Below, in pieces: positions 51,189-63,170 of a stretch of DNA of 64,000 nt. Source of the stretch: Tubulanus polymorphus (taxonomy: Eukaryota > Animalia > Nemertea); NCBI RefSeq assembly GCF_964204645.1, contig NC_134036.1, positions 5,424,600-5,488,599 on the forward strand, read 5' to 3'. Position 1 is the stretch's first letter, and each line of letters opens with the position of its first letter. Below the pieces are notes generated by a model. It did no database searches. It was not told the origin of the DNA and saw only the letters and a list, made by a program, of their open reading frames with translations. Made by a program: the position numbers and the translations under genes.

Positions 51189-53164
51189 CATGTGCCGTTA
51201 TACGTGCGCATGTAAGTAGTCCGTAGCTCTAACGAATCGGTGGCATTAAACCGGAGATTAGACTGGTATTAAATACCGTTGATTAAAACACATCACGCGG
51301 CCGCCCACTGGCGCGCAGTCGAGCATACGCGGCCGCCTCCGGATGAAATATTACGCGTAAGAAAATAAATGCTGGTTTTCGAATCGGTTAATCGAAAACG
51401 AATTGAGCTGTATGTATGTGATTACGGTTTCGAACCCTAGACAACCAGCGGGGTCAATTATGGACATCCACACGTAATACAGAATGGGGTACCCGCAGTA
51501 CTACTGTGGCAATCGAGGATTCCACGTATGGCAGGCGAAGATCCGCCAGGCGCGCTAGTAGATAGTTGGTCGTCCACGTTATATCGCCAGTACATGCTCA
51601 TCCGCGTCAGGTTTGCCGCAAAAAAAAAACTTGCGGCACCGATCAGATCGCTCGTTGTATAATCGACGAGAAAACAATATAAACGGCGTATCTAAACGGG
51701 CTAGTGTGGCAGGGTTTCGTGCCGTGGCTGAGCCAGGTTTGAATCCCTGCCGGGGGAGGATGGCAATCGATCGAATTTACTGAATTGCAGGGAGCTAAAT
51801 AAAACTCACTAGGAAGTGTCTCTCTTGGCGGATATTAATATAATTTATGCGATATTGAAGACGCACAAATTAACTTCAAGGTCGCATAGGTTTTATGGAA
51901 AGTTACGCTAAAAATTACTTTAAAATACCGACAATGAAAGGGATCTAAATGGAAATTCATGAATCGAAATTTATACTTGCGGTTTTAGTTTTCGAATATA
52001 AAAGATAATGGTTGCAATATAAACCGCAACAGTCTTCTCGTATCCGCTTAGTCAGCGAAATTGAATAAACTATATCGCGTTTCAGGACGTGTTCTGGATC
52101 GCGTATCTATCTATAGATTACATAATTTCCGTTGTAAAAAAAGTATTACCGAAGATGACTTTCTACGGTCGACATTTCGAAATACACTACTAGTTAAACG
52201 ATCCCATTCGGACTCATCTTTCCATTTTTCATTTGTTTTGTCCGTATTTACCGTATCATCACTACAAAACGGACTAAAAACCATACAGGAAAGGGTACAC
52301 AGTACTCAACGGAAATATGGACTGTTTCAGCGAGACATTGCGCTTGGTAAACTCCGTCGACTGAGGTTTAGATTCTGTATCAAGTGAATACAATACAATC
52401 ACTACTACGATGATACTTAAGTAAAAAAAAAAACGTGAAACTGTTAGAATAGGGAATAAACAAGGTATTAGGCGGTATCGCGGAATTGTCATTTTTCCTG
52501 CGCATTAGTCCTGGCCTGCCTGGTCAACGAAATACCGGGTTCGAATTATGTCTGGTCTATCTAGGAATTCAAAACGGTATATTATCTCGTCCTTTTTCCG
52601 GTCATCGAAATACCGAGTTCGAATTTTGTTCGAACATTTTGGAAAAAAAAGTCTATCTTGTCCGCCCTGGTTAACGAAATACCGAGCTCGGTTTTTGATC
52701 AAACAATTTGAAAAAAAAAAACTTAGTTCATCGGGGCCGAATAGCGAATTCGAGTAACGAACTACGTTAGGGGACTCGGATACGCGTAAGTCGGTTTTCG
52801 ACTATTTTCTGGCTCTACCCGTATTCCAAATTGCACTAATATGTAGATAATTACTATGCGACCTTGTTAATCTCTTTGCAATAGAATATGATATTGAAAT
52901 GCAGAACGAATTCGTTAATTCATGCGTGCAGTAAAACCCTTGATTGATAAGATTCAACTGAATTTGATCTTGAAGCGATTTTAGAAATACGTTAAACTAT
53001 TACTTCCTACTCGGCGAAGATGAGGCGCGCGAAATTGTATCGAATCTGACATGATTGATGATGTATCTTACTCGGTCAAGAAGTTGCGCTTTATTATCAA
53101 TTCGGTGTTGCTTAGAAATTTCTAATAACGAATCGGTGTCAATTAGTGATTAAGTGTTTGGAAA

Positions 53165-53830
53165 AAATATAGTAGAATCTTACTGCGGTAGAATTGGGAC
53201 TGGTAAAATTCTACCCCGAGTTGGTGTCAAATACTGAGTAAGAGTTTGTGAAATACAGTAGGCACTGCCTCCTACTGCGGTAAAGTTGAGATCGGTAAAA
53301 TTCAACCTCGAGTTGGTGTCAAATACCGAGTAAGAATTTGTGAAATACAGTAGACTCTGTCTCTTACTGTGGTAAAGTTGACACTGGTAAAATTCAACCT
53401 CGAGTTGGTGTCAAATACCGAGTAAGAATTTGTGAAATACAGTAGACTCTGTCTCTTATTGCGGTAAAGTTGAGACTGGTGAAATTCAACCTCGAGTTGG
53501 TGTCAAATACCGAGTAAGAGTTTGTGAAATACAGTAGACTCTGTCTCTTACTGCGGTAAAGTTGAGACTGGTAAAATTCAACCTCGAGTTGGTGTCAAAT
53601 ACCGAGTAAGAATTTGTGAAATACAGTAGACTCTGTCTCTTACTGCGGTAAAGTTGAGACTGGTGAAATTCAATCTCGAGTTGGTGTCAAATACCGAGTA
53701 AGAATTTGTGAAATACAGTAGACTCTGTCTCTTATTGCGGTAAAGTTGAGACTGGTGAAATTCTATATACGGCTCAGTTTAGATTCTTGAAATTCTACCC
53801 CGAGATTGGGTGCAAAACTAATGACAGTAC
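53165..53830. repeat. 92 bp tandem repeat, ~7 units
   Basis: gagttggtgtcaaatac recurs at 53218, 53310, 53402, 53494, 53586 and 53678. Confidence 0.96.
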
Positions 53831-56064
53831 AGTACGATAGACTCTGATTCCTAGCCGCCGCCGCCGCAATTCTATGCGGCGCGGCCTTGGCAAAAAATCG
53901 CGGAGTATTCGCGAAAAAATGCACATAATGAATATCACCGTCGTCATCAAACATATAAAACAAATGCCATTCGATAGAGACACCTCTTTGTTGCATTTCT
54001 CTAAGTGTCATCATCCGAACGCGACGAGAACCAGAGCACGGAATCAACGATACCCCCACAGCCCCCGAGGCGCGACTAGTAACTGTTACATTAAGCGAAC
54101 AATAAATCGACGGTGCAGCGGCGGCGGCGGCGGCGGTGGTGCGGTATCGGTGATGCTATTTCGTACGAATTGTCATCGAGTCCCCGCGGTATTGAATTTC
54201 CATTTAGTGGCGGCTCGCGCGCGTTCGTCATTTCGCCTCATTCGATTTTCGTTTTGCCGTATTGACGTCGTTATTTTCCGTACGGAAACGCGAAAAATGA
54301 TGATGATGATGATGATGGCGGCGGTGATGATTTGACGCCCGGTGTTGATGACGTCACCGATTTGGCTGCCAGTCTCCGGAGATAGGGACTCATTTTCGGA
54401 CGAAAGCTGCAGGTGAAAATCGTATACTTTTCGGATGAAATTTGGGATTCGAACCCGCGTGTCCGGTTTCAGCTCAGCTTGCTGATTACTGGAGACCCCA
54501 TCGAAACTGCACCATAGTCGACGTCTCGACTTTTTTCTATAACACTCACGGACAACAAGGGTCGGGTCGATTATCTCAGGACCATTTTTACGTTTTAAAA
54601 ATCATCCCGATTGGCTTGTCAGCTCCTAGGTAATCGGTTATTTTAATTTCAAGTTGTTTACATAGTTATTGCGCCATCGGCATTTCACCATTTTCGTATT
54701 CACTACAAAATACCACATGTTTTCGATTTTTCATCGCATAGTTTTGTCCAAAGATTCTGAGATTCCTTTTCCGAAAATGAACTATGACATTTTTGTATTA
54801 AATGCCCCTTACAAACCCACAAGGCAAATGTGCCGGGAACGAAACAGGCGGTTTGATTTCGATTTCATTGTGGTTTTTTTTTTCTTAAAATAGGGATCGT
54901 TGGCCCTCCTATTTGATTGCTAGATTAAATCAACATCTGATTTTCGTAATCGGAAATCGAAGTACAGATATAATTGTGTGATCGGCGGTCGCATTTACAG
55001 AATTTTCTATTTTCTATTCAACTCGAAGTACACTATCGATGAAACATCATAACGCAACAGTTCGCGGAAACGTGCGCAGCAGCTGCGCGGTAAGTAAGCA
55101 AACCACAGCGTGCGGCGATGCGCGCGCATACGACCGCGACTTCTGCGCTCAATCAGAAAGTTATCAGTTTTCGCGTAAACTTATTCAAATTCGATTCGCC
55201 GACAATTTCCCGATTCTATTGTGGCGAAATTAGCGCCAGTGCGCGGCGACGATTCTCAATCTCTCCGAGCGGCTTTCAACGCGCGCGAATTAAGCCACTC
55301 TCTCTGTCTCACTTCGTTCGCGTTTATTTAACGATCTCGTCGAAAACGACGACGGCGGCGGCGCTTTTTATCGTCGAATCGCGATAGAACCATCGACGAA
55401 ACATAAGATCTAGTCTTACAGTCGAAATTGTGTTCAATGAAATCTGAAAACATATCTATTTCATATCATCTATTCTCGCATCTTTTGTTGAATATAACTT
55501 GCTTTTTAACGTTAAGAAAAGCGCTTATACGGTATTTGGTAGTCGAAATCATTCATCCTTAGTTGTTGATAACTCACTTGTTATTGCCTATATTACTTTT
55601 GTAAAACATCTAGGCCATTTTGTTGGCAGTAAGTAGCGATAATCATGTCATTAATATAGTGAATGATTTATATGTAAAATTTAACTGCATTAGTAAATGA
55701 ATCTTCGATGCCGGTCCCTATATCCGATACTTTATATGTCGTACTTACTGCTAATCCCTGGAAGGATCGGTACTTATTGAGTTTTTTTATGTTTTTGAAA
55801 AGAAAAAATTCTGAACTCACATCCTGCAACCCATAATGAAATTCTTCCTCTACTTTGACATGATGAAACCATTTAAGTTCAATTGCATCGCATTTTTTGG
55901 AAAGTAAATTTCTATCTTTTATTTTCGAAGCGAGTTCGAACTGTTTTCTTAGTCTAGGTTATGATAGTAATGATATTATTATTCATATCTATGGTAAACC
56001 GAGCTAGAGTCCGCTTTAAAGCGAGTCAATAACCGAAGAACGTACAGTTTAGTTAGCATAGTTT

Positions 56065-56133
56065 CACTGGGGTTCGAACCCAACACCTCCCGCTACAGGT
56101 CAGTGACATCCTTCACCACCGAGTCACGAAGGC
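56065..56133 (-). mobile_element. tRNA-derived SINE head
   Basis: Minus strand: A-box-like TGACTCGGTGG and B-box GGTTCGAACC; no valid cloverleaf. Confidence 0.5.
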
Positions 56134-56899
56134 AACGAAAAATTAATTCCTTTTTTGCAACGCGATGTCATTTACGATCGAATTGCCGCGCGGCTTTTAA
56201 AAGAATTTAGAATTAAACGTCCCCACGCGACAAATTTGCTAAAATTTAGATATCTTATTTCGACTCTTCGCGGCGCGATGGTCTATTTCTATATCGCTCA
56301 CACCTGACTCTCTCCGAAACTTTATTAAATCTATTGTCGTAAAATTTCATTCAATAAACGAGCTTCATTCGAACGCGAAATCAACGCCGTCGTCGGTGGC
56401 GATTACTTTTCGATTTCACCGTTTATTCGCGGAAATAGCGTTCGGGAGGAAAATCAATTTCAATCTGCGAACGGGCGGGAAAAATTCCGGCCTGATTTTT
56501 TTTTGCGAACAGCCTCCAGGACAGATCGTTCGTTTTTTTCGCTTTTTACCAGAAATGGCATTTCAAATTCGGTAAATGTTTACACAATTCAAATGATAGA
56601 GAAATTTATGACATTACTGCTTTTTCAACATATGTCAAAAGGGAACTTAATGCATCAACGCTTGACCTAAATTATAATTATAATTATTATTATTATTGTT
56701 ATTATTATTGTTCTTATTTATTTAATTGTTACAGGTTTAGGCTATTCACTTTAATACGCACACTTTATACAGGATTTAAAAGATTAAAAACGAATTTCGT
56801 CTATCAAGAACTAGAATTTAAAAAAAACGCGACTTTTTAAACTCTCGCTCGAGATCAACGTCAGGCGTCACACCTGACGACGATCTCAAGCGGGTTCTA

Positions 56900-57340
56900 A
56901 AGATTCCAGATTTAATTCATCGCTCCAGAAATTATAAAATTTCATCGAGCACAAGATACCAAAAAAAATAAACAGTTTACAATATACAAATACAGTTACT
57001 CCAGTTACATTTACAATATACAGTAACAGTTTTTTCTTCTTTAAAAAGCCCATACATTTCATTATACACGCAATAAAGACGTGAGTGCACAGCGATGGCT
57101 TGATGAGGCTATGTCCCTCTTTCAATAAATACTGCTAGCTTTCCTAAGATGTTTGGGTCTTGTGATTTAAAAAGATTCATAAATTTTCTTAAGTTGGGGA
57201 AATTTACTAGAGTTTTTGCGGTATGTAGCGACCTCTTAAACATTCGAAAAAGTACACTCCATTATGAAATGGTATTCGTCTCCACGCCAGAGTGTACGAT
57301 CATTTCTACCAATAAATGTTTAGGTTGTTTTTCTCCAAGT
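56900..57340 (-). mobile_element. Decayed 3' end of a non-LTR retrotransposon (ORF2 C-terminal motif plus T-rich 3'UTR)
   Basis: Minus strand, with frameshift and stop: GDEYHFIMECTF / LRGRYIP..FPNLRKFMNLFKSQDPNILGKLAVFI, typical of LINE ORF2 C-termini. Confidence 0.7.
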
Positions 57341-57753
57341 TGTAAGTACGCAAAACAGTTTTTTTTTCATAATAATATTAATAATGATATCGATGATTAA
57401 CAACAATAATCATAACGAAACTAATTCTATCAATCATGATATTGATGATTAGATGATAATTTACTTTCTTCATAAAGCGCAATATCTAAACTCTGCCCTT
57501 TACACATGAAATATGGGGAGATAGATTGAAAATGTAATCATCGGTGAAATACTCGACACCGAGACCGCGAATGATATATCGCTGCCAATTTCCTAACGAT
57601 GTTAAGACGAAAAGACTTGTTTTTAGATTCGATTTAAAAGTAACGACTGTATATTATATAGGACCGTATCGACTTCACCAGATTCGTGACTATGATCTGT
57701 TCGATATGATATTTGTATGATAGTAGTGGTGGGTGGATCCAAAGGAATCTAAG

Positions 57754-58148
57754 CGGCCCGGACCGACTATCTTTCGTCAAGCAAGCAGGGTTTTTTTTAA
57801 GATAACACCTTGATTACCAATAATATTGTCCGAAAGATGCCCAGGGAAGTTGCTGCTAAAGGGTCTATTTCCAAAGTTTTTACACAGGACGATGTCCAGA
57901 TTACCCTCCCAAAAATGCCTCGTACTCGCCTTGTCCGAATTCAAAAGATTCGGCCCGGACCGACTATCTTTCGTCAAGCAAGCAGGGTATTTTTTTAAGA
58001 TAACACCTTGATTTCCAATAATATTGTCCGAAAGATGCCCAGGGAAGTTGCTTCTAAAGGGTCTATTTCCAAAGTTTTTACACAGGACGATGCCCAGATT
58101 ACCCTCCCAAAAATGCCTCGCGCTCGCCTTGTCCGAATTCAAAAGATT
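57754..58148. repeat. Recent 197 bp tandem duplication
   Basis: cggcccggaccgactatc starts at 57754 and 57951; the copies are near-identical. Confidence 0.95.
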
Positions 58149-58697
58149 TATGATTAATTGACAAAAACGACTACGTACAATATTACTAAATAACTCAAGA
58201 ACTAAAATCACGATTTAAGGTAGAAGTAATGGCCTATCGATCGAAAATTCCCGAAAACGCCACAGAAACGATATCGAATACGACCAATAGGTTCAAGATC
58301 CCCGCTCGCTTCGAGGGGGGGGGGGGGCTTCCCGATCGATTGTCGCGCCGGTGAAGCAGGAGTCATAATACCGCGTACCGCGAGTTCGGCCTTCGTTATT
58401 TTTTTTTCTCTCAAAAGGCGCCGCCGACACGTCAAACACGCGTGAAACTCGAACCGCAATTTGTTGCCGCAGACGGCGACGATCTTCATCGCGACGCGCG
58501 GTGTCAACAAACACCGAAACACCTCCGGCTATATATGTACATCCGTACATATAGATTTCGGCGACGTGATTCGCCGCGTGTTCCGTCGTAAGACTTCGGC
58601 AATCATATTTCCAGAGGGAACAGCAAGCAGCAGCGGCAGCGGATGACGCGTCTCGCCGATTGAAGACCGCTAATTGGTATTAGAAACGCGAATGTAC

Positions 58698-58698
<1 letters not shown>

Positions 58699-58741
<43 letters not shown>
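58699..58741. repeat. (TA)n microsatellite
   Basis: Direct read. Confidence 0.98.
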
Positions 58742-58744
<3 letters not shown>

Positions 58745-60282
58745 TCTCGACGAAGCGGGCTTCTTTTTTTCGAGACGATCGTTTAACGATTTAATTGCCG
58801 CCGGACTGGCGTGTCGTCTGTCCCGACACGATCCCGACCGACCGTGTTGGGTTTTTCAAGTCGGATTAATCAACAAACCCTCGGCGACGTATAGTTCCGT
58901 ATAGCGCACGTTAAGATTTTAATAACCCACGCTTAAGTAATCGATGTTTAAACCCTGCAACGCTTCTGTGGCAATCGAGGATCCGACAGGTGTCGCTGTA
59001 GTAGTTTCCCGTTCGTCCGCAGTCAATTTCTTCTCCATCTCATTCAAAATCCAATTAACCTTTCTTTTAGAAATGGATTGAAATTTGAAAATGTATTTCC
59101 ATTGGTTGTTTTATTGGAAATAGCGTACGGAATCAACCAATGGGGAAGTGCAACATTAAGTTGTCGCGCCAATTGGCCTGACGAACACTCAGTCACTCGT
59201 TGTCAATATTAGTTCTTTTTCAATGAATTTCAAACTGAATTTTCAGGCTCTCGAATCCGTATATTATCACATAGCCTACCGAATATAAACAGAATCAATT
59301 TTCTTCGAAGGTATGCGTATAATCATCAATTATGATTATCTATTTTAGAGAAAAAAAAGTTCATTCGGTTTTCATTGAAATGTAGAAGAAATTCAACGCA
59401 AGATGAACGAGTTACTACTAGCGAACCTGGCGGATCCCCTCGCTTGCCGCGGAAGCGTTGGATGTTCCCGTTACTAAATACGTTACTTACGTTAGTAATT
59501 CAAACTATATTCGTCGCGTCCAGTGTGCGCCATTTTTGCATCTCCGCACACCAGGTCGCTGTAGAGCGTACCGCAGTGTGTTTTTACACTTTTTTTAAAC
59601 GTTCGAAAAAGGACTCGATTTCATTGCTAAAGCACTATCCATTTTGTAAAGATGATTCCGAAATTTTTCCGCGCGCCAATATTCATTCGACGTTTTGACG
59701 TGTATATTCATCTCAACAGGATTACCTTAAACTTTTTGAATTCTTCGATTCTCTTTGTTCTCAGTATATGGGAGCCAATGTAATCTACGGAATGGAGCCA
59801 AACCATTGGAACCTGGTCGTGTACGAATGTATTACGGACTCTGGTCTCATTCATCAGATCAAACCATCAACTCAACCGTTAAGAACGATTTAACGACGAC
59901 AAAGAATCCACGACGAGAATTTCTAGGGCTGTTTTACCATCTCTCGAAGAAATCCTTTCTTTCGCCATCCTTTTTTCTCTGCGAGAGACGACGGGTTTTT
60001 CTGTACTCGTCGTCGCACGCTCGAGCGCGCCCGAACGCGGTCAAACGGCTCAAACGGAGCGGCCGGAAAGCCGTCGTAAAGCCGCGCGTAGTTCGGCGTC
60101 GACGATCCGTTCATCGTCGGCGTCGCCGGCGGCTGCGGCTCGGCACGGCTCGCCGAACATCGGCACGGCTCGATTCACACGCGTCCTCTACTCGACCGGC
60201 GCTGATATCGCCTTATGTTTCGATGATTTCGACGATTTCTGCGCGCGGGTCGGTGGCGACTCATTCATCATTCGTACAGATC

Positions 60283-60362
60283 GACGTGAGCGACGTCATC
60301 GAATGCTCGCATGACGGATCGTCTGCTGGCCACGGTGACGTCAGACGTGATGACCACGTGAT
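60283..60362. promoter_or_regulatory. CRE / E-box cluster adjoining a CpG-rich block
   Basis: TGACGTCA 60336-60343, CGACGTCA 60291-60298, half-site TGACG 60312, CACGTG 60355-60360. Confidence 0.45.
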
Positions 60363-61597
60363 CTCTGTTGATTTGAATAAATTATCGAATCTATATGTAT
60401 TTTTTTTATCGATGCATATTTATCTAGTTGAGAAATGATATCCATTTGACTCGCAATTTCGTAAGCCGCGTTCACGCTATGACTTTACCGTTTGAAACGA
60501 AGATTTGGAACGGCCAAATTCGGAACGGACCTAATCGGAGTGTACGTTCACGCACGCGTTGCTCAATAGGCAATATGTCGTTCTGACTTGCCCAACAAGA
60601 TTTTACCCCGAAATTCAATGTTAAATCTGAACGATTTTAGATTTATGAGTCTCGGTCTGTTATCAACTTCAAAAATATTGATAATTGCAGTTCATCGTTT
60701 TATCAGGGCACATCAATCTATGGTAAATTCAAGGACGTTTTCAACAAAAAAAAAATGCGCGGACAACACAAGCGAGGCTCGGTGTCACCGGCGGGGTTGA
60801 CTGTGATTGACACTTGACGTTAACCAGCGAATCAACGAGGAATTATCGGTTACTGGCGCGCGCGCGCCCGCTGAGAGCTGTCGGGGCTAAATACGACACA
60901 CTCCAAACCAGCAGACAGTCGACAGTAGACAGTCGACGGTAGACTCACTGGAGAGCGTGTGGCAATATACGAAAGCGCTTTGGAGATCGATGTCATTCTC
61001 TGCTCCTCGACACGAGGGCGGGGGAGGTGTAAGGAAAAAGTACAAGATGAACGGAATTTGGAGAAATGAAAGGAGCGAAAAGATAGGGAGAATATATGAA
61101 ATGAGGAGAAGAATATTGGCGGGTGAGATAGGGATGAGATGAGAGATTATGAAATGACTACAGGAAAGAGAGATAAAGGGAGAGAAGGGAGAGGATAGAG
61201 CGAGAGAGGAATAGATATATAGGGTGAACATAAAATTTTACTCTTAGACTAAAGGGTTCTACCGTATAGGCCCGATCATGAGAGACGCTTTTTCGAGAGT
61301 TCTTTGAAGAACTCTTTTTGAAGGGTCCTCTGAAGAGTCCGTTGGAATGGTTCATAAAAAGTGGGATTGGTTTGCGAAATGAAAAATAAAAACGTAGTCG
61401 CTATGCATAGTAAAATAGACATGGCGTCGACAAAGTGATTGACCCGACTTGGCACGGCGGTCAAGAGGAGAACCATGACGCACGGCGTGCGTGGGAGTCT
61501 AATCAATGTTCCTTAATAAGTTCGGAGAGCTTCGTTTCTTATGACGACGACGAAAATATATACTTAAATTATAGGAATTTATAGCTATTATTGGTAT

Positions 61598-61990
61598 GTG
61601 TAAACAAGGGTTTCAACACTATGATACAGGAGTCAGTTACAGAAAGGTTGTTTAATGTAAACCAGTGTTTAAATACCGCGGTACAGGGGCCAGTTACTGA
61701 AAGGTTGTTTAATGTAAACCAGTGTTTAAATACCGCGGTACAGGGATCAGTTACTGAAAGATTGTTTAATCTAAACCAGTGTTTAAATACCGCGGTACAG
61801 GGGTCAGTTACTGAAAGGTTGTTTAGTGTAAACCAGTGTTTAAATACCACGGTACAGGGGTCTGTTACTGAAAGGTTGTTTAATGTAGACAAGTGTTTAA
61901 ATACTGCGGTACAGGGGTCAGTTACAGAAAGGTTGTTTAGTGTAAACCAGTGTTTGAATACCGCAGTACAGGTGTCAGTTACAGAAGGTT
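61598..61990. repeat. 57 bp minisatellite array (family A), ~7 units
   Basis: Same unit and orientation as 21597-21981. Confidence 0.96.
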
Positions 61991-62699
61991 CAAAGTACCG
62001 AAGAAACGTCACACTGAAAATAGCTTAATTTTCCCAAAATACATTTATTCTCCGAAGAATTCACTTGTTATCGATATTTTAACGCGATAGCGTCGTCGAA
62101 TCCCGCCAGTCGAATAATGGCGAACAGTGGCGAAATACGATATCGGTATTTACTACTCCATTAATCGCGAGCCGCGATTCAAAGCGACGCGGCTTCGGTT
62201 TGTTTAGACGTATAGACGTTCGGTTCGCACGCTGTGTTAATTAATCAACGCATTATCGCGTAAAATCACCGGCGAAATTATATAACATAACTTCAAACAG
62301 TCGGTTTATTTATAGGCGGCCGATTGAAATCCGAAATCGGCGAAATTAATTAAATTCGAAAAACATCGAAATGGAAAGTCGATTTTTTTCGACGAAATAT
62401 TATAACGCGGCGTTTCTTTTAGAAATTTGCGGACGTGTTTAATTAAGGTTTTTGTTCGCGCGCGCGCGCGTCTGGAAAAAGGGATAGTGCGAAATTCGCG
62501 CTATAAATAAAGTATTAACGGTTTTAGAAAAAAAAAAACATTAACGAAGCAGGTGATTTTTTTGCCCAAACCGAATAGAACGTAAACTTTCACACGGAAA
62601 CTAAGCCGATTAAGTATGGATTCGAGTGAAATTTGATTTTTTTATTCCGTAACGGTTTGATGGCTGTTTAACTCCCAATAACTTTAGCTGTTCGTATAT

Positions 62700-63170
62700 A
62701 AAGTTAGTAATGTTGCTAATAATGAACTTCTCATTCTTGACGACTTCAAGTTACTTCCTAGTTACTAATGACGACCTTCTCGTCCACAATAACTTCAACG
62801 ACCCAGTAAAATTATGATTAGTTACTAATGACGACCTTCTCATTCTCGATAACTTCAACGATTCAGCAAAATTATGATTAGTTACTAATGACGACCTTCT
62901 CATTCTCGATAACTTCAACGATTCAGTAAAATCATGATTAGTTACTAATGACGACCTTCTCATTCTCGATAACTTCAACGATTCAGTGAAATTATGATTA
63001 GTTACTGATGACGACCTTCTCATTCTCAATAAATTTCAAATTCGGCAAATTCAACAATTCAACAAATTATAATTTCTAATGACGACCTTCTCGTGCCCAA
63101 TTACTTCGACGATCAAGTAAACATATGATTAGTTACTAATGAGGACCTTCTCATTCTCTATAATTTTGAG
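62700..63170. repeat. 60 bp minisatellite array (family B)
   Basis: Same unit as 48520-49051. Confidence 0.95.

Noticed and set aside
59755-60438. 227 aa Arg-rich ORF, and similar ORFs at 53874, 34630 and 63177
   Set aside because: Low-complexity products of CpG-rich sequence with no domain signal, mostly with non-ATG starts.
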